Origin: Balanoglossus misakiensis
Lineage: Eukaryota; Animalia; Hemichordata
DNA: 64,000 nucleotides
Reading direction: 5' to 3'
Assembly (NCBI GenBank): GCA_040954595.2
Contig: CM082587.2
Span: 6,189,705-6,253,704 of the forward strand
Part shown: positions 1 to 14,600 of the stretch, piece after piece
Layout: each line of letters opens with the position of its first letter
How positions within the stretch are numbered: position 1 is the first letter of the stretch
The notes under the pieces: model-generated
The model's input: the letters and a program-made list of their open reading frames with translations, nothing else
The model's database searches: none
Told to the model about the DNA's origin: nothing
Made by a program: the position numbers and the translations under genes

Positions 1-1672
1 CAGAACCGGTTAGTGAAATGGCGTCGTTTATATAATTGAAGTCCTTTGGCGGGAGATTAACTCGATTAACTTTTAGGTATATCACTGAACAGTGCACGAC
101 ACAACTGCAGGGTTAGTAAGTGTGTGAAGCCGTGTGGGTGGTTCGCTGTGGTCCATGGCCGTACGTGGAGTGGTGTGGAAACTGGACAATTTTAGAGAAA
201 TATACCCGTTCTCGCTACCGCATCAGCTAGCAAACCGTTAGCGCGGACTCTGCTCTGGCATATGACATTTACACACATGGCTGACGATAAGGCAACGCAC
301 GTGTTCCATGATCTAACTGCCAATTTGGAGAATTCCTAGTCGCGTACATCATCGCGTGATGACATAATGTCGAGAGAGAGAAAAAAGTCACGCGAGACAT
401 CACGTAGTAAAACGACGACAGGGTCATGAAGAAAGAATCTTCCGGGACGCTGCAGACTGCAAATGAGGCGGATTTGACCAAACGAGTCCTCCCGTGCCGT
501 GACCCCAAAATGAGAAAACGGCAAACATGACGTGATCATAGAGATGTCAAAAATGGCATTTAATTCTACCAATTACACAAAACTTACGCTAACACTGTCT
601 AATCAGATGAAAGAATTCAACGTGAAAGTATTTCGAGGAGGTCGATCCCCGCAAGGAACTAATGATGCTACATTTTAGGACGTTATCAGAAAGCTTGTTG
701 AAAGATATTTCAAACAAAACTTTTTTGGTCATAGATTATCTAATGAAACGTGCAGTAACTTCCATCCCGTTTGTAGGATGTGAGAGTAAAAATCTCGCCG
801 AAATGAACAAGCGGTAAACACCGATTATTCATTTTGGCGAGTGTTTCACTCTCGTGTCTACAAGTGGGATGGAAGTTCTGTGTGGTCAAACATTGATTCA
901 CTATATCCACATGTAGAATAACATAAACGGTGTGTTGTATCAAACATAATTAATGGAAAAACGGCAGCGAGAGAGAGACTTTGTCCCTTTAAATACTGTA
1001 CTGAATACTGAATGGTAATTTTACTACCTAGACGATCTCAGTCTCGGTTCTTTCTGATGCAACAAAAACGATCTGAATACTATTGACTACGAACAATCGT
1101 GCTTGCCAGTGTTCGGTAAGAAAGGACTGGACTTAAAGAGGGATTCTTTGCTATATTTGCATTTCAGAAAACGCTTCGCACGCGGTTTCATGATCCACTT
1201 TGCAGACAACCAACAGAGTGATCATGATGCCCCCGGGGTCCTCACAAGAATGACGTCATGACAAAAATGCTCACACCCCTCACCCAGCCAACAATAGGAC
1301 GATTGCACCCCGAGATATTTTCTCTGTCGGTGTTCACCACTCGAGAAAAGGGGGGCATCGCTGCCAATCATACCGCAAGTTACCGGTATGTCTGTTGCCG
1401 GCTCCAGGAATTGTCCACACACAAACAAAATCTTTCCAATGGAGCGACCCTTCTATACGTATAAAAATCGCAACCTGGATCACCCGTTTTGCTGCACGGA
1501 CGCCAAGTGCCGCCAGATATATGGAGAAAGCTAAGCTGCTGGGAGCGAAGTGTCCACAAGTAGAATGTCGGTCAATGGCACTGCTGATGTGTTCATTCGC
1601 ATACAAGCACTTTGCAGCGGCCGCTTCTGAATGTTAGGTTTAGAGAGAGAGAATGCACTATAACACTCTTAC

Positions 1673-1698
1673 CCTGGTAACTTGAGAGAATTTGCCAT
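1673..1698 (-). CDS. Candidate first coding exon (MANSLKLPG...) of an unidentified minus-strand gene continuing left of the window
   Basis: cagtATGG Kozak-like start, 26 nt ending in GG|GTAAGAG donor (phase 2); TATA-like GGGTATATAC about 90 nt upstream. No downstream exon recognised in the window. Confidence 0.35.
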
Positions 1699-4600
1699 AC
1701 TGCCCGCGTTACGCACTCAGCGAGACTACTGTCTGCACCGAACGGCAAAGATCTGTCTGCGTTTCTCGCGATAACGCGTCGTATATACCCATCTGGACAG
1801 GAGGCTCCCATACGCGCGCGTGTGCACCAACTACACCGGGGCGCCGTGTGAGCTGTGTTGCCGCGGCGACTCCGGACGCATCTGTCTTGCCAACTCAGCT
1901 GCCGCGGTCGCAAGTGGCCAGCCCACTGACGGTGTAGTGGTGACCCGCGGTGTCTGTTTCACCAAATGGTCCGTGAAATGACTGCCGTGTATATCGGTGG
2001 AGGAGAGAAATGGTCTCGGTAACACGAGCACTAAATAACGAGTGGGGTAGCCCGATATGCCCCCAACTAATGCTCTCCACAAAGGCCTCTACCCCCGGCA
2101 ACGAAATTAACCTCAAAATCGAGTCTTTTCTTTCCCAGTCAAATTCCTCAGTTTTGAGAATAACCCTTTTGTGTGCAGGTAATGAGCCGCCAGACATGGT
2201 TGCCGGAGCGTGGCATTCAGAAACTTTTAATACAATGTCCGTATTTTATTAAAAAAATCTAGAAGGAAATTTCAACTGTGTCGATATTGTCTCGGGGAAA
2301 AATCACAAGTATTTCCAGCTACGGACTACTGCCTGTTTGGCTTAACTGTATAAAAGGAACTGTATAAAAGGGGGTTCGTGCTGAGACACCTGCGGCCGGC
2401 TATTGTGCACGCCTTTGACAAACACCAAGTTTAAGGTCTCCCAAGATCGGATGACAGGGGAAGCCGAGAAAGTCCACATTAAACCATTAAGTGGTCTAGT
2501 ACACGGCATCCCGCGACTTCCGTAAATACTTGAAAGGTCAGACCAGGCACTAGAGCCGCCCGGGCAAGCGTTGCACAGAGCGGATTATTGGACAGGTCCC
2601 GTAGTTTACACTGATTGTATATACGGGAACCGGAGATATAAGGCGACAGCTAGTACCGTTTGTTAGATAATCTGTTGTGGAATCACTTCAAAAGATTTCC
2701 GTTACAATGATTCTAAGAGCGGGGAGGTACACAGAGAGGCTACTCTCTCAAGCTATGATTTGCCAAGTACGACTCTGAACGGAAGATTTCGACTCCTAAG
2801 ACGAGGTGATGAAATAAAGTTTACATAGCTCGCGACATATACACACAACCTGTATTACACAAACACAAGATTTCGGCTGTGTTTACGTTAAGTCATTTCT
2901 ATACTAACTCACTTATATTCAATGAAAAGAAATTTAACCGGGGAGATGCAAAATTACCGAATATCGGGGAATGCGGCTCTTTTTATTACCTCGCAACGCG
3001 CAAGTCTCAACGACGATGTGCGAATGATAATTTCCGTTCATACGGTCAACTACATTTATCGGTTGAGATGACTGCTGTTCTGACAGTTGAATTTTACGCC
3101 CCTCGTTACTAACCCTGACCCAATTTCTAACCCTAGCGGCGCAGCACATTACGAGCAGCAGGTTCGTCTGTGATGCAATCTTGCAGCTATACTTACCGCA
3201 TATTTGCAAGAGTCGAGCTTTCCAACCACAGGGTTTTTTTTGTTCTTTCAATCGGCCGTTAACAAATCGTGATAGTCTTGGCAGAACTCCTTGCTCTTCT
3301 TGGAAACAAAAATAATTGCCAACGAAGTCAACTTAGGAATTGCGAGAGCACAGAGTCGAGCAGATGGGCCAATTACAGGGGGCGCATGCGTACGGCAATT
3401 GTCCACTGGGAATGTTCCGCATGGAGACAGATGACAGATAATTGTGGATAGCGGGGGAAAAGTGTAGTACATGTAGTGTCCTGCGAACAGACATGGCGAG
3501 CACCCGAGGTCACTTTCCGTACAAAACAACCTTGCAATAGTGCCGTTTTCCTCCTCGGCTGCAGGTCACACTAAGGGCAAGCAAGTCCCTTTCCTGGCCA
3601 AACTGCACGCCTCATTGCGCACGCCAAAACGAGCTGGCGATCAACTGTCATAAATCAATAGACTAAACAAACTGGACGTAGTAAACGCAAGATCTCCTCG
3701 AGTCAAACCTGCGAGCAACCGTAGCCCGTTGTCGTATAGGTTCTCTGCGCCCTCAGACTGGCTACCTCTTTCCCAAAATGATCTCACATCGAAAACTAGT
3801 CTACAATGACAATAATTCCAGGGATACGCATAGATTCACAAAACTTTTGCCATCTCTGGAAAAGCAGCATTGAAAGTCGACTAAAGCTTACCCATAAATA
3901 TAAGGCTATAACCATCACTGAAGAATCTGTAAAATTCCGACACTGATCAATGTCACATGTGAAATCTTTAAAATGTAAATTGTGCGTTGACAGTTCGTTT
4001 TTGTGAGCGTACAATCCGATGACAAGAAGGCGAAAGGAAAACATACCGGGACAGCTGCGCCCTTCCCGTGTGATTGATGGTTTTGACCAATCACAAATGT
4101 TGTGTCGTACCGGCGCGTGACCGTGTCATGTTTTGCGTTATTGGCCAAAGTCACCATGATTCGTTTTCAGGCAAGTAAGTTCATACTACGCGAATTTCCA
4201 GTCGTCGATGGGCGATACTATATCAAGGAATCAACCGCACACTACTTAGCCTGCATACGCGATTGGAATTCAAAATATCACTATACTAGCCTACTCTAAG
4301 AGATGCACTTTCAAGATCAATAATACACGGAATGTTTGACAAGACGTTTAGCCAAAACATTGGCGCTGATCTCAGCTAGGCATGTTATTTTACGTGTACA
4401 TGTAATTACATTTCATCTCTTACGGCAATACGAAATATTTGCCAGTTGGAATACTCACGCCCACTTGTCAACTTGAATATGAGCGATTGCGCTACTGATT
4501 ACTATCGTGAAAAAAATGGCGCTTGTCGTCATTTGGTGATATTATCCGAGTATAATTAATTTACACTTCAGTGACAGTGGTAGTTGATTCTACGACACCT

Positions 4601-6013
4601 CTTTACACATAAATTAGAAGTTGGCATATCTATTCTGAAACACACTAAATAAATAACATGATCCTGGCTGAAACAAACTGCGATATACCAGGAAAGTTTA
4701 CCAGGAATAACAATTTCGGAAAGATATATACGGTATTAGGGATATATAGAGCCTCAGAGCGTATTTATAAACTGAGGTATGGTACTTATGGCGTCCGAAA
4801 GTCATGAACCAACCACATGCTTGCAGCAATGGTTAGTTTGTTTTCAATTTATCACTTCAATGACAGCAAATATGGTGGCGCTTGTTTGGATTAACTGTCT
4901 GCACATCAGTTACACACGGCAGTGGACAATTTGTTGGTTCTGCGGTCGAGGACAAGAGCTCTGAGTTTTCTCTTCAAGGGCTTACTGACTTTTCATTCCC
5001 ATACGGACGGCCACGCTAACCAGGTTTGATCAACTTGCATTTTAGAATGGCTTTGAAGAAATTCAAGCTGGAAGAATATCCTTCATCAGTTTTACTTAGA
5101 GACGCGCCAGCAACGGTCTCCCCGGTGGTTACCATGGAGCTGGCACTACTGGGAAAATCACGCAGTCGTGTCAAGTGAGGACTTACCCCCGTTAGATTCC
5201 CCGGGAACTTTAGAAGAGCAAGGCTGACATCTTAGCCAGAAATCAAACACAGTTTATTTGCGAAAACAGAACACGATCTCTTCGCAGGCAGGGTGAAATT
5301 AATTTATGAAATTCTGCTTGTGTACAGAACATTTCAGGTCAACAATGCGATCCGGGCACCAATTGCCTGTCAAAATAATCTAATGTTGACCCGAGAAACG
5401 AGGTCGTTGCGCACAAAAGACAGTCATGTGAGATATGTGCTTTTTGGATATAAACACAATATGACTCCATATAGTGTTCTATTAGTCTAGTGTGCAATCG
5501 CAAAAATGAAATTTACGCATTTTGTAGACATTAGTACAATCCTAAAATAATATCAAGCTATTTACAAACAAACAGAAGTTTACTGCAATCGAAGGCGGGC
5601 AAGACACACGTTAAAGGCCGAACAGAGGAAACTCCACAGGATTACAGACAAAACAATAATGAATATAAAAAAATATCGGCAAAATCTAAAATACTAATGA
5701 AATGGTACATCTGTGTCTCGCCTTGCGTTGGATAGAATCCAAAAGTACAGAATTGTTTATATCATCGAGTCGACGTTTATATAATTCTTTCCTCTAAAAG
5801 GTTTAAATTGTGGTCAAGCGTTACGTTGACTGAGAGATAAAGTGGGTGGCCAGTTCTTAGATAATCGTATTTCAAGTTGTAATACTCTGTGTCCCAAAGT
5901 GGCGGTGTTATAGTTTCCACATGGGAGAAGGAGCCATCGAGAATAATTGACGACAAAATAAAGAAACGGGCGACAAGAAACAACTGGACAAAAGCGTTAC
6001 AAAATTAGGGCGA

Positions 6014-7757
6014 TAAGGGACTGGTCAGTTTCTTTGGCCTGAGGGCGGTGGATTTATGGGGGAGGTCACCCTGTTTTGGCATTGGATGAGGAGGGGTCAC
6101 TTTTCCATGTTCAATGAGGGGGAGGGGCCAGCCGGATCACTGACATCATGGATGATTTGATAAAGTGAGCGGATGGCTGGCTTTGACATGGCGACGACAG
6201 TGAGGCGGGTTGGTTAATGATCACACAGGAATAGATATACTGCATGTACTGGCACAATGTAAAGACAGATCATGCCGCAACTAAAGTTGACGTTGATGGA
6301 AAAGGCAGATGCTGCCTAGACTCTTGGAGTTGACCTCTGACAATCATCATGTGGAGATTTCAGTATTGAACATCTCTCGCTACCGCGTGTAATATGTACA
6401 CGGGTCATTTCCATAGAGGATGTGTGTGAATTATGAGGTTGTTGTTTGGATACCGTCAGAAATCTGCATGTATTTCTAATATTTGCAAGTCGCGTTACAG
6501 ATGTAGATACATGCAAAGATATGTACCCTTTCACAATCAGGGCTTGCTCCAAGCTTAAAAGTCCACTGCTGTACATGGTGCAATTGGACCTCTATAGCGT
6601 GGTATAGTTAAACACTAGGACCGATGACGCACGACAAGAGGTGGCTCCGCATCGGATCGTCAAGGATGCATCTGATTCAACAGAGATGCAACTGACTCCG
6701 GCCTCTGTGCAAACACTTCACTGGGACGAAGCGAGGCGTCCACTGATCACCCGGAAGGTCCAATCCACTGATTACTCCAATTACCGTCAAGTGTTTCGTC
6801 CTTGGAGATGTATTAAACCAACCTGTCAAATTGGCGATCAAACACAGCGTTTTCCACAATTGGCTTCTCAAAAAGAACAGTGTTCGGAAGTTACCGAATC
6901 GTTATTCTTTGCGCGAGACGCCGGGAGCAATGCAGCCTTTCATTCGACAGTGGCCCTGGCGAAGACAATCGACGGAGCTCATTGTTACGAAAGAAGACCC
7001 TCGGATTCACGCAAACACGTTATTTTAACATGCCGCGACACAAACATCGCTTTGTGAGAATCCTTGACTCGGGAAAGCCTGGGTAAACGTTATGCTAACA
7101 CGGACAGAACAGTGAGGAGCTTGTTGCTCGTTTTAGTTTATAGAGGTGGCGTGGGCCCACTCGCTGTTTGCCTTCGGGGTGAGCTGGTTGAAATGCCGAT
7201 CGACGTTACTTTGTCGGGAGAGATTTCACCGAGACAGTAGAATACTGCGTCTTACATGCGAGCTGTTCAATAAAACAATCGCCCGTGGACTTTAACATCT
7301 CATGTTCGAAGTAGGATCGACTACAAAGACTTCATTGTAGGCATATGTGAAGTTAGTTACTCCTACTCAAGTCATTCTGGGGATGGAGTCTGGGATAGGG
7401 AACTATCGAATTCAATTCTGATCGGTCGAGCTCAGCTTAGCTCGCGAATCGAAAACAAACAAACAAAGTAATTACGGCCAAGAGATAACCCAGAGCGACC
7501 TATTAGTGGACTGACCATGGATGGATTGTCAATGGCTTGATGCAAATTATGCAGGACGGAGCGACTGCCACGCCAGCATTTTAATTTGTTTTTTCCTCAC
7601 AACTGGTCCTTGACCTCTGACCCGTCTCATCCACTAAGTGTCATACAAGTCAGCTGAAATCCAACAACTATAGTGGTCACTCAAAATAAAAAATGCTGAA
7701 AAAGTACCGAAAGCTGCAAATATTGTCCCTTTTATCCGTAGACCAACGTACAGTAAG

Positions 7758-7817
<60 letters not shown>

Positions 7818-8422
7818 GCATAGCCACAATCACTTAATTTGCCTGTTCCTGCAATCGATGGACATTTTTTTGGAACAGCATGTGGGAGGTTAAAGGGTCG
7901 TAAGGGATTCTGTATTTCAGACAGATGTTTAGCCGTGACATTCTTCAGTACCAACATTTATGTCTGGGACGAAGTGACGTAATAAATCCCGTGGATCAGT
8001 CAGGTTACACGGTGCACTGGAAGAACTGCTTCCGTGCACTGACACTCCCAATGAATGTGTGCTGGACAAAAAATGCGCTCAGCGGACAGAGGTCGGCGCC
8101 TTGCCGAACTCGATCACTAGGCCAGTCTGGAAAACCCAGACTGCATCTATTATGTGCGCTGGTAATGCAAGCGGTGCCCATTCTTCAAGATCAGACGACG
8201 AGAACAACCCGCCACAAAATCACATCCGACTCATGCAAGCCGGCCGACGCTCCATTATATACAGCAGTCGTATACGCATTTACGCAGTCTCCGTGCACTA
8301 AATTGGCTGTGGTGTTTTTGTGCCCCTCCCCTAAATTTGTCATGTAAAATAAATCGATGCCCCCCCCCCTGAAAATCTCCAGGGCCCCCTGGAAGTACTA
8401 GTATATTCTGTTCAGTCCCTTA
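6014..8422. mobile_element. Possible degenerate DNA-transposon termini (TA-AGGGACTG ... CAGTCCCT-TA)
   Basis: Short inverted match TAAGGGACTGnnCAG at 6014 and 8422, with G-rich and C-rich subterminal tracts. May be two independent fragments. Confidence 0.25.
7758..7817. repeat. (ATC)20 microsatellite
   Basis: Perfect trinucleotide run. Confidence 0.97.
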
Positions 8423-10546
8423 GTGGAGCTAAGTGGTCGGTATCTATGAAGGGTCGTGATTTTATCACCGATACCTGGTTATACGAACTCAAAATGACGT
8501 CACACTACCGCAAGGTCGACCCGGGAGCCCCCCGCTGCCGATTAACTCCAGAGCGCTAGTGTTACGTTTTGAAGGTTGTCGGGGGTTGGGACCGCTGGGT
8601 CTGGTCAAATCGTAATTTGCCAGTCGTGGGGCTAATTTAACCGGCAATCACGTAACATACGCTATAATATCTCCTGAACCGAAGAACTCGAGCCAAAAGT
8701 CACATTTCACAGATGCCAACTCAATAGCGAGTGTGTGGGTGCATTGGAAAGAAATATTTCTTGAAGAAGCACAAAAAAACTAATCCAAAAATGCATCATG
8801 TGTTCACTGGACGGCAACACGTCAGACGCAGAACATTGCCAACGACCAAACAGTCGCCATTTTTCCAGTTCCTCGGTCACGGTGAAGAAGCTCGTCTGTA
8901 TTATTTTACAGAGAGACCAAACCACCGTCAATGAAAGTTGCAAAATGGGAAGTTCCGGGCAACTACCGTGCTACACGGTTCCCAGTATCTGTAATACGGT
9001 TTTTTTACTCTCCCATGGCCAACTGTATCACAGGAATTCCTCCAATTATTCCCAAGAATTCCGTCCACTCCGAACACTCGTACACTTGAACTCTTTTGAA
9101 GTGCACGTGACCTTTACGCATGCGTTCCACGCAATGAACGATCCCGAGTCGTTCAACTTCAAGTTCGTGCCTGGACATATTCATCTTTTCCAGCTCTCCG
9201 CGTCCTTCGTCCGTCAGTTTCCATGGCGAGTGCGTGATTGCCGACTTGAATGCGTAGTGGCGCTTTCACCATTGTCAAAATGGTCCCGATTCCCCCGGGA
9301 TGGTTTTAATAAACGGTGCGTTGCACGGGTTTTCTAAAGACGTTCCCGTCGCACACCGATACCCAACCTTGCCGGAGGGCCGTTCAATGACACGGCAAGA
9401 ATGCTCTCCTCCTCCGCGACCGCCACGCACGCAGACAGGCGCGCGAAACCTGATTAGCGCGTCCCTCCCACGGCCATCGCCGCGGTGATTATCGTATCGG
9501 GGTGATGATACCATAGCAACGAGCTGTCCCGTAAATCTGTTACTAGGACGCTCTGCGATTCTTCTGGTGGTAATTACGGGCGTTTCGTGATAGCGGTTAA
9601 CAGACGCGTGTAATCGCCGATCCCACAGGGTGGAAATCGATGCAGGGAACAGCTCCGCTGTTGGTGGTTCTCGACTTACAACTAACGTTCTTGGCGTTTA
9701 ATTTGTTTTGATAAACCATTATAAGGCCAATAAATGTTGGTCAAAGTGTAAACATCTCGCCTCACTCTTCCACGTTTTTACGGCTAATATTTTTCCACTT
9801 TCTCATCGACTTTTCAGCATTCACTTGTGCTCGTTTTATAACAGATCAATATCGCAGATACCTTGATACAAACTCCAACAATGTAAAATGGTCATAACCC
9901 TCAGAAAACGTGCATACAGTAACTCGCGCACTCAGTAATGGCTTAATGGCAATTCTAACTTTTATTGCTCGTTCGTAAACGCGAAACTGTGATTGCATTG
10001 AACAACGGAGGTTTAAGGGAAGTAGCTGTAATTTTTTATGATTATTTTACTATATTTGTCCTATTCAATGGAACCTAGCTGGCGAAGACAATTCTCGGTG
10101 AAACTAACTTTCCTCCTTCAGTCGTAGCACTAGTCTGAAACAGAATCTGGTCGAAAGCTATCTGTCACGTTGATCTGACAATATTTAAATTCGTCCACCA
10201 GCGCAATTAGCCTATTATCCATTTGATTGACCCCTGTAGAATTGTTATCGGATCTAGACAAGTTTTAGCGGTAATTGGTCTGTTGTTTCTGAGCCTACGA
10301 CCCCCACTAGTACGTCGGAATGAGCACGTTAAGTGCAATAACTACGGACTTCACGCCTGAGTAGAAAGCTGTCTGATTGTGTGCTACAATTTCTGTAATC
10401 GTCCTCGTTTTTTTTCCCCCAGACGAGGCTCAGTGGGAGGTCTCGTACTAGGTGATGAGGGCGTGTCCACATCTACGAGATTTCTGGGCGCAAGCATGAC
10501 GGGGGGATTTGCAGCAAATCTGACTGGCCTACGCCGTTATCAAGGC

Positions 10547-10569
10547 GATGATGATGATGATGATGATGA
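10547..10569. repeat. (GAT)n microsatellite
   Basis: About 7 perfect GAT units. Confidence 0.9.
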
Positions 10570-11636
10570 CTTGGAATCGTATGACCCAGTTTAAAAATAG
10601 GCCAGTTAGTAGAATAGACAACATGCCTCAATGTAAATAAATGGCACATCATTCCTACGGACCATACGCTGGCCAGTGATGATGATTTACGGGACAGATG
10701 TTTGCAAAATAGCACTAGTTGGCAAAGAGATCAACATATTTTTTCCAGAAAAAAATTATCATTTATCCGTTAACTCCTGACAGGAGCATATGGAATTGAC
10801 CAGCTTTAGAAAAAGGTACATCAAATTGTCTTCCAGAGCAAGAAGAATTTTTGAACTTTGGAACTGGTCTAGAGTTGGGATAATGTTGCCGACAGCCGCG
10901 CGCGGAATGAAAGTTCAGAGACGTGGGGTTGACGATCAAAGCCGGTACACTGGTAGTTAAACCTAGAACTCGGGGTAAAGTGTTCGGGATCGGGCAAAAC
11001 CTTTGACCTCGATGACCTTAGAGGTGACTGAGAACCACACGTTGAGGTCAGCTCAGCATGGAACATGTTCGTCATCGGCGGCGACTCACAGTCGCGCGAT
11101 CGCTAAAATCTGACAGGATTTCCACCGTGTCATAGTTGGCGACCGCGCGGAGAGCGTCATGAACGTTTTTCATGATCACAAAATGTTGAAAAGCGACTGT
11201 ATGATACGCATGGGAGAATGGGGCCGGCGGGCCACATCTGTGCGTTCATAGTATAAGTCACACGTGCTGGCCTTGGCGCTTTAAAGGCCGGCGTCCATCC
11301 ATGTCTAACAGGATGAGCGCGCATTGTCCAAGTCGTGAGACCGGGACCCTGTTTGGACACCTACGTGTTACGTGATAACAGGAAGCGGTGAGGCCAAATC
11401 CTGTCACACGTTTCATTGTGTACCCACCCCCAAAATGACAACGGAACATGTGACTGTGCAACACTTACAAACATCTCCATGTTGGCATTCAGTGTTGCGC
11501 GCACAGACTCGAATGATTTCGAAGTAATGCCAAGTTTCCCTCGATGTTTCAGCAAAGTTTATCAAGCAACCATCGATTACATTCACAACAATGTTAATTT
11601 GATAATAAGAGTATTAAAGCTAGAGGACGACTCTTC

Positions 11637-11692
11637 TAACTAACTAACTAACTAACTAAATCGAATTAACTATCAATTAACTAACTAACTAA
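11637..11692. repeat. Imperfect (AACT)n microsatellite
   Basis: TAACTAAC runs with interruptions. Confidence 0.8.
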
Positions 11693-14600
11693 AAATAAGT
11701 ATTTAACCAACTACAAAAACAACTTTACGGATAAATAATAATTCGAAACTGAATTAAACACAAGTAACAACATTTTAAAAAGTGACTTTCTTACATCTAC
11801 AGTGGCTAAAATGACCAGAGGAGAAATCCCCCTTTGGAATTTCCGTGAGGTTTGGCTGACGAGCAGAGAGTAGTAACAACCGCCGCGCGAAATTAAGCTT
11901 TTATAGGTGACAACTTTCAACAAATGAAAGAAGTCTTTTATCTGTCCATTCACTCCCATTACATACCTGAGCGTCGGTGTCTTAACGACCGCTGCGTACT
12001 CGCACGGCATAATTAGATCCATTGCCTAACAGTTAAAAGTCATGGTCGACGCGAGCCCCGGGTCGGGCAGGAAAAGGCCGTAGGGGGAATCCATAGCCTG
12101 CCTGCCCTGCACAAAATGGCCGAACAGACAAGAACCAAGAAAATGCCCCGGGTTACCCTTTAAGGATGACAGTACGGCAAACACCAAACGACCCTATCCA
12201 ATGGCGTGTGCTACCGCTGGCCACATCACTCTCAGTAATGAGTATGTGGTGTGGCGGTCTGAAACATTTGCATGGTAGACAGACGTCCAGATTGCAACAC
12301 TACCCCGTCACTGGGACAAGACGTAAATGCAGGGGTACTTACGCAAATGGATTCCATCGCCTTCGGTTGTATCCCACCATTCGTATTTCGTAGTCTTTAC
12401 CGCAACAACCATTTGAAAAGCTGGCGATTCCTTAGAGCACGGATAGCCGTGTAGAGTCAGCCGCGGAGGACGACATTCTCGCGTTTGCTCTCACGCAGTG
12501 TACGGGGCAAGCGTGTTCGAAGTTCCGTGGCGTATCAAATTCAGCCCGCATACTAAAACGTAGAAGTCATTAAAACGCTGCTCAGAGTTCCCACTTCGAG
12601 ACCCGGTCCTATCTGCCCGGCTGCATAAATCTTTCTCGGTGACACTGATCAGACGAGGGCACTTTTTTCCCCAGTCCCTGTACCGAGATCGGCAGAATGG
12701 TGGCGGTGGTCACACGCCGCGCTCCTGAGCGTAACACTATAGCCGCGTAGCTGGGGGTACCACGATCAGCTGTACGCGACGGCGCAGCAGCGTTGCGATG
12801 CCAGTGTCACTCGCATCCGAGGTCAAACTTGAATGATGTTAGGTCTCGGAGCACGAACAAAAACGATAAGTGAAAGTGAATAATTGGCTGTGAATGAATT
12901 ACACAGCCGATGGGTTTTTTTCTTTTCCCCACTGACGTCGTCTTAAATCCCCCGTCTTCTAAAGCCCTCGCGGATTGCTTGCCCTTGATGGTAGTACACG
13001 TACCACGCATCACGTAAATTTAAAATAAAGCTGAGCTGAAAACCGCGGCTTTTGTTTCGCTCCCGAACAATAGCATAAAACGCGAGACAAAATTTGCATT
13101 TTATGGGCTCCCTTCAATTAAGGGTATTTGTCGGAGCTGCGTGGTGAAAATCAAGAGTGACTGTGATCAACTATTGAAAAAAAGAAGACCGAGTTCTTCT
13201 TTCTGTGAGCATTCCCGCTGTTATTTTTTCACAGCGCGGTGATACCTTCAGTGTTCTTTCACATTTTGACGAAAATAAAAAAAAGTTTCTCGCAACACAA
13301 CACGCCGAACAGCTTTTCTCATGCTTTATCTTCCTAGGAATTTCTCAGCACAGGATATAACTGCTTATCGGATTCCAGGGAGAATTCTTTTCTATATAAT
13401 TACATTAAAGACAAAGCAACTATAATTTCCCCCGCCCTTTTCGCATTTCCATTAATTTCGAGTTCTGCGTGAACACCAATGACCCCACTGCTGACCTTTC
13501 GACATTGCCCGTCAATTGCTTTCCGCCCCAATCGTTCCACGCATGACCTCACTGGCGCTCATTAGGGGAGGGGTCGCGTATCGGACGCGGTCGTGCCGGT
13601 AGCAGACTAGAAAATATCCGCCGACACTCGAGAGCCCTTGCGTCTTTAATGTTATTTACATGTGCGTTTTACCACATCAATCCAACTCAACAGTATAGCA
13701 CAACGCGACACAAAACCGAGATGGCTTCCGCTCACAAAACAAAACATAACCGTCCACACCAGGGACCACGTAATCGGTCGGCCAATTGATGAAGACACTG
13801 AGACGACGGAGATGGAGCGGGGTCTGTCAGAGCATGACGAGAAAACTATTACGAGTAATTAATCGATCGTACATTATCATCAGAATGGGACGAGGCGATA
13901 AAATGTGAAACATTATACCGATGGTGGCTTTGGGAGCTGTAAACCTATCACCCCTAATTAAGCCGGGAAACGACCATGTACCAAAACCACGCATTACAAC
14001 CAAAATCCGGCGTAAGCATTCACCAAACACCGACCCCCTTCCCCTCGCCACCCCCATTCCAAGATACATGTACTACATCTTCTATTTTCATTTGCCGGTT
14101 CGGACGTGGTGTTTTTGTCCGGTACTTTGATTTTGTAGAATGATTGAGAAATCGATAAAGTTACCAGGCTTTCGTTAAATTACCGCGAAAGTAGTGTGAC
14201 TCGCATAGTCGATGCCTGTTTTGACAAAGGCGGGCTTTTAATTAGACAATGTTTTCGTCATTTGCCTAAGAGGCTCATCGTATTAAGTAGACGGCAAAAC
14301 GATGGTGTAAAGAGAAAGAGCGGTGTCACAGCGGTATGGAGTAAATCTTTCAATTATGCGGCCCGATACTGGGCAGATCACGAAATCGGTATTGTGCTGT
14401 TCCTCGAAAAATACAATACTGCGCGTGATTGAGGTGCTTCCGATTGTAAAAAAGCAGCTCGGATATGAATCTCTTCCCTGTCCCGCAGCGAAGAAATGCG
14501 TTCCCATGACAATGCATGATGTTACGCAAGGTGTAAGGATATCACTGACCGTTATATGACCTCTAGATGAAAAATATTGACATTTTTATGATGCGAAGAT

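Noticed and set aside
6641-7057. 138-aa ORF (and the 179-aa ORF at 8798-9337)
   Set aside because: Non-ATG starts, no recognisable motif or convincing splice context.
7634-7957. ORFs with poly-Met or poly-Ser
   Set aside because: Translation of the (ATC)n microsatellite.
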